Source: an uncultured Polyangiaceae bacterium
GTDB lineage: Bacteria; Myxococcota_A; Polyangia; Polyangiales; Polyangiaceae
DNA length: 16,919 nt
NCBI GenBank assembly: GCA_964441055.1
Contig: CAYTYV010000029.1
Span: forward strand, 9,452 to 26,370
Direction: 5' to 3'
Below, piece by piece: positions 7,947-14,472 of this stretch (its first letter is position 1; every line of letters starts with the position of its first letter). Position numbers and translations under genes: made by a program. Under the pieces are notes generated by a model. It saw only the letters and a list, made by a program, of their open reading frames with translations. It was not told where the DNA came from and made no database searches.

Positions 7947-8977
7947 TGATCGTGCCGAGGCACGCGGAGCGGATCGGACAGGGACGTGCCTACGGCAAGG
8001 CCATCTTGCTGGGCGAGCACGCGGTGGTCTACGGCGCCCCCGCGTTGGTGGTGGGCATCGCGCCCGGCCTGCACGCCGAGGCATGGGAGCTCGGCGAGGG
8101 CGGCTCGAGCCGACTCGAGCTGTTCGGCCAGAGCTGGCCAGCCGACTCGGAGGGGCCGCATCTTTTGTCGAAGGCGCTGGCGGCGCTGCTGGCCGAGGGG
8201 CCGAGACCGCCGCCCGAGGTGGCGGTTCACCTGGACGAGGCCCTGCCAGCTGGCGTGGGCCTGGGGTTTTCAGCGGCAGCGGGCGTGGCCCTGGCCCGTG
8301 CGGTCGAAGGCCTGCGTCGGGCCCTCGCGGCTGCGGATGCGACTGCGGCAGAGCAGGACGAGGAGGCCGTGCGGCAGCGCGCCACCGCGTGGGAACGGGT
8401 CTTCCACGGCAATCCTTCAGGCGTGGACGTGGCGGCAGCCATGCACGGAGGGCTGCTGCGCTTTCGGCGGGGCCAGGCGCCCGGGTGGCTCGAGCTAGGC
8501 GGCGGCTTTGAGCTCTGCGTGGGGCGGAGCGGCACCCGCTCGTCGACTCGCGAGATGGTGGCGCGCCTGGCCGAGCGGCGACGACGCGATCGGCGCGGCG
8601 TCGATGAGGCGGTCGCGCGCATCGCGGCGTTGGTCGCACAGGCCGAGGTGGCCTTGCGCGACGGCGACCTGCGGGCCTTGGGGACGGCGATGGATCGCAA
8701 CCACGAGCTATTGGCGAGCTTGGAGCTATCGACCGAGGCGCTGGACCGGATGTGCGCGCTGGCGCGTCGGGCTGGGGCCTTGGGAGCCAAGCTGACCGGG
8801 GCGGGCGGCGGCGGCGCCGTCGTGGCGGTGGTGGACTCAGCCGCGGTGCGCGGCGCACGAGCCGAGGCCCAGCCGTTAGCGGAGCAGGTGCTCGGCGCCT
8901 GGAAGGAGCAGGGCTGCGAAGGATTTTCGGTGAGCGTGGGGCCGACGGACAGACGCGCCCAGGGTGCGGGGCCATGA
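7946..8977 (+). CDS. mvk: Mevalonate kinase (GHMP kinase)
   Basis: N-terminal 'GKAILLGEHAVVYGAPAL', GHMP motif II 'LPAGVGLGFSAAAGVALA', motif III 'KLTGAGGGGAVVAVV'. The start is taken at the ATG at 7946 (MIVPRH...), not 7766, because 7766 would overlap the preceding gene by 180 nt. Confidence 0.85.
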   Translation: MIVPRHAERIGQGRAYGKAILLGEHAVVYGAPALVVGIAPGLHAEAWELGEGGSSRLELFGQSWPADSEGPHLLSKALAALLAEGPRPPPEVAVHLDEALPAGVGLGFSAAAGVALARAVEGLRRALAAADATAAEQDEEAVRQRATAWERVFHGNPSGVDVAAAMHGGLLRFRRGQAPGWLELGGGFELCVGRSGTRSSTREMVARLAERRRRDRRGVDEAVARIAALVAQAEVALRDGDLRALGTAMDRNHELLASLELSTEALDRMCALARRAGALGAKLTGAGGGGAVVAVVDSAAVRGARAEAQPLAEQVLGAWKEQGCEGFSVSVGPTDRRAQGAGP

Positions 8978-10023
8978 GCCGCGGGAGCGCGCCTCAAGCC
9001 CCCGACTCGTCGGCGCGCCGCGGCGGCGAATGGGCCGCGCAAGCCCACCCCAACATCGCGCTGGCCAAGTACTGGGGCAAGGCGAGCGAAGAGCTGAACG
9101 TGCCCGCCGTTCCCAGCCTGTCGGTGACGCTGGCGGGCATGAAGACGCGCACCCGGCTCTTGCTCGATCCGACGCTGGAGCGGGACGTGCTCGTGTTGGA
9201 CGGAGCTCGGGCGAGCGAGCAGCAGACCGCGCGGGTCAGCCGGCTGCTCGACCTGGTCTGGTCGGGGGACAGGCGTCCGCGGGCACAGGTGGCGAGCGCC
9301 AACGACTTTCCGACCGCCGCGGGGCTGGCCTCGAGCGCCTCGGCCTTTGCGGCGCTGGTCGTGGCCGCGGACGCTGCGGCGGGCACCGCTCGCTCCCGCG
9401 CCGAGCTCAGCGCGCTGGCTAGGCGGGTGAGCGCGTCGGCGGCGCGCTCGCTGTTCGGCGGCTTCGTCGAGCTACCAGCGGGGCGAGCAGAGGATGCCGA
9501 GCTCAGCGCGGAGCCGCTTTGCGAGCCCGGGCATTGGGATCTGCGCCTGATCGTGGCGGTGACCAGTGAGCAGCCCAAGGCCGTGAGCTCCACCGAGGGC
9601 ATGGTGCGCACGGCCCGCTCGAGCCCGCTGTACGCAGCCTGGCTGGACGCAGCCCCCGCCATCTGCCGCCGGGTTCGCGAGGCGGTTCTGGGCCGAGACA
9701 TCGAGGCCCTGGGCGAGGCGGCCGAGCACAGCGCGCTCAGCATGCACGCCGTGGCCATGGCAGCCCAACCCGGTCTGATCTTCTGGAACGGCGGCACGGT
9801 GGAGGTGCAAAAAGCCGTGCGCCAGATGCGTCAGCAGGGGATCGCCGCCTACTTCACCATCGATGCAGGCCCCCACGTCAAGGTGATCACCACCGCCGAC
9901 CAGGCGGGCGAGGTCGAGCAAAGGCTCTCCGAGCTGGCGGTGGTCTGTCGCACCATCGCGGCGAGCCCGGGCGGCGGCGCGCGGCTGCTATCGGATTCGG
10001 GTGCGGACGGACGTGGGCCGTGA
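8974..10023 (+). CDS. mvaD: Diphosphomevalonate decarboxylase
   Basis: 'AHPNIALAKYWGK', 'FPTAAGLASSASAFAALV' (GHMP motif II), 'YFTIDAGPHVKVI' (catalytic Asp region). The ATG at 8974 overlaps the mvk stop (ATGA). Confidence 0.88.
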   Translation: MSRGSAPQAPDSSARRGGEWAAQAHPNIALAKYWGKASEELNVPAVPSLSVTLAGMKTRTRLLLDPTLERDVLVLDGARASEQQTARVSRLLDLVWSGDRRPRAQVASANDFPTAAGLASSASAFAALVVAADAAAGTARSRAELSALARRVSASAARSLFGGFVELPAGRAEDAELSAEPLCEPGHWDLRLIVAVTSEQPKAVSSTEGMVRTARSSPLYAAWLDAAPAICRRVREAVLGRDIEALGEAAEHSALSMHAVAMAAQPGLIFWNGGTVEVQKAVRQMRQQGIAAYFTIDAGPHVKVITTADQAGEVEQRLSELAVVCRTIAASPGGGARLLSDSGADGRGP

Positions 10024-10940
10024 GGGCCAGGGCGCCAGGCAAGGTGGTCATCTCCGGGGCCTACTCGGTGCTCGATGGGGCACCCGCGCTGGTCGCCGCA
10101 GTAGACGCCTACGCTTGGGCCGATGGCGACAAGCGGGCCGGGCTCGTCACCGATGAGGTGGCTGAGGCCATCCGCAGCGCAAAGCTCGCCTACGCGCCTT
10201 GGTTCGACGCGTCGGCTCTGCGCGCGGTCGGGCCCGACCGGGGCCGTGCCGACCGCAAGCTGGGGCTGGGCTCGAGCGCCGCCATCCTGGTGGCCTCGCT
10301 TGGGGCGGTCTTGTTGGCTCGCGGCGTAGGGGCCTCTGGCCTGGCCGACGAGGTCTTCCCCGTGGCGCTCGCCGCCCATCGGGCTGCCCAAGGGGGCGGC
10401 AGCGGCATCGACGTGGCGGCGAGCTGCTTCGGCGGGGTGCTGCGCTGCGAGCTCGGCGCCGCGCAGGTCGGTCTCGCGGTCGAGCCACAAGCGCTGCCCG
10501 TGGGTTTGGTCTTCGAGGTGTGGGCCAGCCCGGAAGCTGCCTCGACGCCGCAGATGTTGGCGACGCTCGGGCGCTTCAGAAAAGCCCGTCCGCGCCGCTA
10601 TCGCGCGCTCGTGGAGCGGGCTGGCGAGCTCGCCTCGACGGCCGCGGCTAGCCGCGAGCTCGCGGGCATCATCGCCGCGCTGGACGAGCAGTGGCAGACG
10701 CTGGGCGAGCTGGGCCGCGAGGCTGCGATCCCCATCGTTACCGAGCAGACGGCCGCCCTCGGCGAGCTGGCCCGCGGACAGCAGGCCTGCTTCGGTCCGT
10801 CGGGCGCGGGCGGGGGAGACGTCGCCCTGTTCGTCGGCACCGAGCGCTCGTCGTCGGCTTTTCGCGCCCGCGCCCGCCAAGCCGGACTATGGCTGTTGGG
10901 GCTCGAGCTCGGTGCAGCCGGGCTGGAGCCCATCCCATAG
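10020..10940 (+). CDS. mvaK2: Phosphomevalonate kinase (GHMP type)
   Basis: 'APGKVVISGAYSVLDGAPALVAAVD', 'KLGLGSSAAILVASLGAVL', 'GPSGAGGGDVALFV'. The GTG start at 10020 overlaps the mvaD stop (GTGA). Its position after the kinase and decarboxylase matches known mevalonate clusters. Confidence 0.75.
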   Translation: MRARAPGKVVISGAYSVLDGAPALVAAVDAYAWADGDKRAGLVTDEVAEAIRSAKLAYAPWFDASALRAVGPDRGRADRKLGLGSSAAILVASLGAVLLARGVGASGLADEVFPVALAAHRAAQGGGSGIDVAASCFGGVLRCELGAAQVGLAVEPQALPVGLVFEVWASPEAASTPQMLATLGRFRKARPRRYRALVERAGELASTAAASRELAGIIAALDEQWQTLGELGREAAIPIVTEQTAALGELARGQQACFGPSGAGGGDVALFVGTERSSSAFRARARQAGLWLLGLELGAAGLEPIP

Positions 10941-10955
10941 CGGCGTTCGCCAGCT

Positions 10956-11013
10956 CCTTGGGGCTCATCGGCTGGCCCCGAGACAGGTGAGGGCCAGCCG
11001 ATGAGCCCCAAGG
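10956..11013. repeat. Perfect 23-bp inverted repeat (stem-loop) 15 nt after the operon's last stop; possible terminator lacking a U-tract
   Basis: ccttggggctcatcggctggccc (10956-10978) is the exact reverse complement of gggccagccgatgagccccaagg (10991-11013), with a 12-nt loop. The stem can extend to 10953/11016 with one G-U pair. No T-run follows it. Confidence 0.8.
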
Positions 11014-11025
11014 GGCGAGCTATGC

Positions 11026-11155
11026 GTAGCCTTGGTGATGGGTTCGACGTTGGGGGCTCCGGTCGTCGCTTTGCTCCTTCCTCTGCCCCCAAACCCCCGC
11101 GTGAGTCTCTGGAGGACAAACTTGACTCACTTTTCAACGAAGCCCTTGTTCAAGG
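11026..11155 (+). repeat. Copy B of the dispersed intergenic element (plus strand), between the hairpin and the TPR lipoprotein gene
   Basis: See copy A: the core 11052-11100 matches the reverse complement of 1304-1352 at 47/49 positions. Copy B carries an extra 12 nt (gggttcgacgtt) that looks like a local duplication of the preceding 'ttggtgatggg'. Confidence 0.7.
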
Positions 11156-11166
11156 ACAATAGCGCC

Positions 11167-12342
11167 ATGGATCGAAAGCCAAGCTCCTCGGTCGGGTCGA
11201 TGCGTCGCCGACCCGCGCTCGGCGCGGCGGTGCTCGCGGCCTTGACGGCAGCTCTGGCGGGCTGCCCTTCAGCGCGCGTCACGCGCGTCGTCGATGGACT
11301 GGAGATCGAGGGACGGTTCGTCTCGCCCCGCGCCTACGCGGCCTATGCCGAGGGCGCAGAAGCCGAGGCGCGGGGCCGGCTTGCCGAGGCGCTCGAGGCC
11401 TTCGCCCGAGCCGTCCGCCACGATCCCGACAGCGTCGAGCTGTGGACGCGGCTCGGCGCGGTGCGCTGCCAGCTCGGCCAGCGCGACCAGGCGCGCAAGG
11501 CCTTTTCCAACGCCGAGGACCTCGACCCGGACTTCGAGCCCTTGTGGCGAGCGCGAGCGCAATGCGCCGAAGCGCAAGGCCGCGATGCCGCAGCGCTGGG
11601 CTGGGCGGCCAGGGCGGCGGCGCTCGATCCCGAGCGGGACGAGACTACCCTGTTCTACGCCCGGCTCCTCGAGCAAGGCGGTCGGGAGATCGAGGCGGCG
11701 CGCTGGCATCGCGGCTTGGTGGTGCGGCGTCCGCACTCGGTGCAGGCCTGGCGCGCGCTCGAGGCCTTTGCGGCGCGCGCTGGCGATGCGGCCTGGCAGA
11801 GCTACGCCGCTCGCGAGCTTCGCGGGCTGAGCGAGTCGCGGCGCTTGGTGGCGCTCGAGCCCGACGGGGCACGGCCGCCCGCCGAGCAGGCCCGACGGCG
11901 GGTGGATCGTGCGCTGGCGACCGGGGACCTGAAGGCGGCGCGGCAGATCGCCCGTAGCGCGCACCTCGATCCGCGGCTGCTCGCGGCCCGCGCGATCGCC
12001 GTGGGACAGGCCGAACTCGCCCGTGAGCAGGCCGAGCTCCTGCTCGCGGCCGATCCTGCCGACGCCGACGCCCACATCGCCATGGCGCTGGCGGCCGACC
12101 TGCTGGGCGAGGCCGAGCGTGCTGCCGAGCTCATGCGCGAGCTTCCGGCAGACGCCTTTCCGGCCTCGCATGTCGGCCGGCTGCTGATGGGCGAGCTGCT
12201 CGAGCGTCACGTGGGCCCCGAGGCCGCGCAACGCTGGCTCGCCAGTTGCTCGCCGCCCCGAGCGGCCGAGCCGCTGCCCGCCGACTTGGAGCGGCGCCTG
12301 CGCGAGCGCGTGCCCAAGGGCTCGGTGGGAGCCAGTCGATGA
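11167..12342 (+). CDS. TPR-repeat lipoprotein
   Basis: Signal peptide with a canonical lipobox: 'MDRKPSSSVGSMRRRPALGAAVLAALTAALAGC'. Recurrent ~34-residue helical repeats follow, ending in 'A...DP' ('AFARAVRHDPDSVELW', 'AFSNAEDLDPDFEPLW', 'AARAAALDPERDETT'). The ORF-track start at 11032 lies inside the repeat element and is rejected. Confidence 0.7.
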   Translation: MDRKPSSSVGSMRRRPALGAAVLAALTAALAGCPSARVTRVVDGLEIEGRFVSPRAYAAYAEGAEAEARGRLAEALEAFARAVRHDPDSVELWTRLGAVRCQLGQRDQARKAFSNAEDLDPDFEPLWRARAQCAEAQGRDAAALGWAARAAALDPERDETTLFYARLLEQGGREIEAARWHRGLVVRRPHSVQAWRALEAFAARAGDAAWQSYAARELRGLSESRRLVALEPDGARPPAEQARRRVDRALATGDLKAARQIARSAHLDPRLLAARAIAVGQAELAREQAELLLAADPADADAHIAMALAADLLGEAERAAELMRELPADAFPASHVGRLLMGELLERHVGPEAAQRWLASCSPPRAAEPLPADLERRLRERVPKGSVGASR

Positions 12343-12360
12343 GCCGCGCCGTGCGGGAGC

Positions 12361-14040
12361 CTACAGCGCGCCCGTCCGAGCGGCGTTTTGGCCCCAGGTC
12401 GGCCAGCCGGTCACGCGGCGGTCGCCCGTGTTGATCCCCACCAGCTTGCCGTCGTTGGTGCCCACGTAGATCCAGCCGTCGTGCGCAACCGGCTGCGAGC
12501 GGATGGGGCCGCCGACGCGGTAGGACTTCAAGCGCTTGCCGGACTGGGGATCCACCATCTGCACCTCGCCCTTGAGGGTGCCCACCAGGATGCGATCGCC
12601 CGCGGCGATCGGCGGAGCCGCTAGGAACCCGCCCGCAGCTCTGACGTCGCCGTCGAGCTGGTAGGACCAGCGCTTTTTACCGTCGGCGTCTGTGCACACG
12701 ATCTCGTCGCCCATGCTGTTCACGTTGAGCCCGCCCAGGCTCAGAACGCGCGAGCCCTGGAAGGCCTGCAGGCTGGAGACGTTGGATTGGCCCACCAGCT
12801 TGCGGGCGAGGGCAGCGTTGGCTGCGGGCGGAGCACCGTTGGCAAAGCCGTTGGCCGCGTCGAGCTGGGCCGACTCGGCGGCGTACTTGCTGGCTCCCTG
12901 CACGTCCTGGCTCAAGTAGGGAGCGGGCTTGCTGTAGGTCGAGCCCGGGCCGTCAGGACCATGCTTGCAGTACGCGATGGCCTCGGCGGCCTGGCCGTCT
13001 TGGTCGCGCCGCTGCGTGTAGTAGACCCTGCCGCGAGAGACGACCGGGGCCGAGGTGGCGCGCACGGCGCGCGCCGCCAAGATGGTGCCGCTTTGCTGCT
13101 CGAACGCGTAGAGCGTGCCCGAGAAGGTCGTGGCGTATAGCCCGCCGCCCACTGCCACGGGCGCCGACATGACGTCGCCGTCGATCCACCGCTGCCAGCG
13201 GATCTCTCCCGTGCGCAGATCAAAGGCCGCCAGGGCGTGCGAGGCCCCGGGCGGGCGTGGCTTGGGCGAGGCCGGGCGCGCGGGCTGGGGAAGCGGCGGC
13301 TGGCCGGGAAGCGAGCCGCCCGATACTGCCGCCTCGGCGGGGACCGAGTTCTGCTGCGCCTGCGGGACCTGGAGCGCGCCGCCGCCGACCGGATAGGAGG
13401 TGAACACCATGCCGCCCGCGATGGTGGGTGCGCTCATCAGCGGATCGCCCAGCCACCACGACCACAGTAGCTTGCCGGTCTCGGCCTCCACCGCGAAGAT
13501 GGTGCAGGACTCGGTGTTGAACACGCAGATCCGGTCTTCGCAAGCCGGGGTGGACGGACCGTCGTCGTCGAGGTCCAGCGCCCAGGCGAGCTGGCCCGTG
13601 CCCGCCTCGAAGGCGTAGAACTGCTTGGAGCGGAACCCGCCGCTCGTCAGCACCCGCCCCTGGTAGACCGCGGGCGTGGTGATGGGCGCGCGGCTGGGAA
13701 GCTGGATCTCGAAGCCGTGCGCCGTCTTGCGGATGGCCGCAGGGTCGAGCGAGCGCGGCGAAACGTGGCCCTGGCGGAACTCCTTCGGCGGCTGGGCAAA
13801 CTCGTCCGAGTTCATGGCCCGAGCCTGCGCGAGCACGTCCTTGCCGCCTCGAGGAAGCACGATGCTCTGCGCGTCGGCCGCGACGGTCGACGCGGAGCTG
13901 AGGGGGCCGGCTCGTCCGGCTGGCGGTCCGCCCGGGGAGGGCTCGGGGCCGCGGCCCGCCTTCACGCAAGCGAGCTTGCAGCCCAGCAGCAGGACAGCGA
14001 CGATGACACCAGCCCATATCGGGCGAGAGCGACGAAGCAC
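12361..14040 (-). CDS. PQQ-like beta-propeller repeat lipoprotein (BamB-like fold; function unknown)
   Basis: GTG start at 14040 with a GGAGG Shine-Dalgarno sequence 5 nt upstream. Signal peptide plus 'LLLGC' lipobox. Repeated propeller blade motifs: 'FYAFEAGTGQLAW', 'IFAVEAETGKLLWSW', 'LAAFDLRTGEIRWQRW', 'LYAFEQQSGTIL', 'VQMVDPQSGKRLKSY', 'IYVGTNDGKLVGI'. A C-terminal 'WPTWGQNAARTG' motif is also present. Confidence 0.8.
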   Translation of the reverse strand: MLRRSRPIWAGVIVAVLLLGCKLACVKAGRGPEPSPGGPPAGRAGPLSSASTVAADAQSIVLPRGGKDVLAQARAMNSDEFAQPPKEFRQGHVSPRSLDPAAIRKTAHGFEIQLPSRAPITTPAVYQGRVLTSGGFRSKQFYAFEAGTGQLAWALDLDDDGPSTPACEDRICVFNTESCTIFAVEAETGKLLWSWWLGDPLMSAPTIAGGMVFTSYPVGGGALQVPQAQQNSVPAEAAVSGGSLPGQPPLPQPARPASPKPRPPGASHALAAFDLRTGEIRWQRWIDGDVMSAPVAVGGGLYATTFSGTLYAFEQQSGTILAARAVRATSAPVVSRGRVYYTQRRDQDGQAAEAIAYCKHGPDGPGSTYSKPAPYLSQDVQGASKYAAESAQLDAANGFANGAPPAANAALARKLVGQSNVSSLQAFQGSRVLSLGGLNVNSMGDEIVCTDADGKKRWSYQLDGDVRAAGGFLAAPPIAAGDRILVGTLKGEVQMVDPQSGKRLKSYRVGGPIRSQPVAHDGWIYVGTNDGKLVGINTGDRRVTGWPTWGQNAARTGAL

Positions 14041-14472
14041 GGCAGCCTCCGATGACGAGTTGGGGGACTGCGCTTGTTTGTCGTTTCAGAGGCGAAAAGG
14101 ATCTGACGCTCCGCGCGCGTCGGCCCTCGGGTGGCTCGCCGACCATGCCCTCGCAGAGCCGCGGCTCGTCGGGCTGGGGCGGAGTGGCGTGAGACTCTAG
14201 GAAACGCCGAGCTTCATGGGATAGCTCCACGATCCCAGCCGCGGGGGGTTGGGATCGGTGATCATCGAGCGACTTGCGAAGCTCATCGGATTTCGGCCGA
14301 TGGGGCCAACAAAGCCGTTCGGCCGTCCGCGGCCGGGCCGACGGTCGTTTGGGCTGGCCGATGCTGGCGAAGTTGCTGTTATGCTCGGCCGGGGACAGAG
14401 ACCCGAGAGGCTTGCGCGAGCACTAGAGCCAGCGCCTGCATGGGGTCCAGAGCCCGCACAAGGAGTCGTCTC

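Noticed and set aside
11107-11127. The 'ctggagg(a)caa(a)c-t(t/c)gact' segment conserved in both repeat copies, read as a sigma-54 or sigma-70 (-35 TTGACT) promoter.
   Set aside because: There is no GC at the -12 position and the spacing is inconsistent between copies, which argues against sigma-54. No TAnnnT -10 hexamer lies at 16-18 nt from TTGACT. In copy A the element faces the 3' end of mtnA, so a promoter would have no gene to drive.
1250-11155. The two inverted copies of the repeat as the ends of a composite transposon or genomic island spanning ~9.9 kb.
   Set aside because: The interior holds housekeeping and metabolic genes (lipA, the purH-like gene, the mevalonate operon). There is no transposase, integrase or recombinase, no visible compositional shift, and no target-site duplication that I could identify. 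A dispersed intergenic repeat is the simpler explanation.
14365-14377. A sigma-54-like promoter, 'TGGCGAAGTTGCT'.
   Set aside because: The GG and GC elements are separated by far fewer bases than in the TGGCAC-N5-TTGC consensus, so the -24/-12 geometry is wrong.
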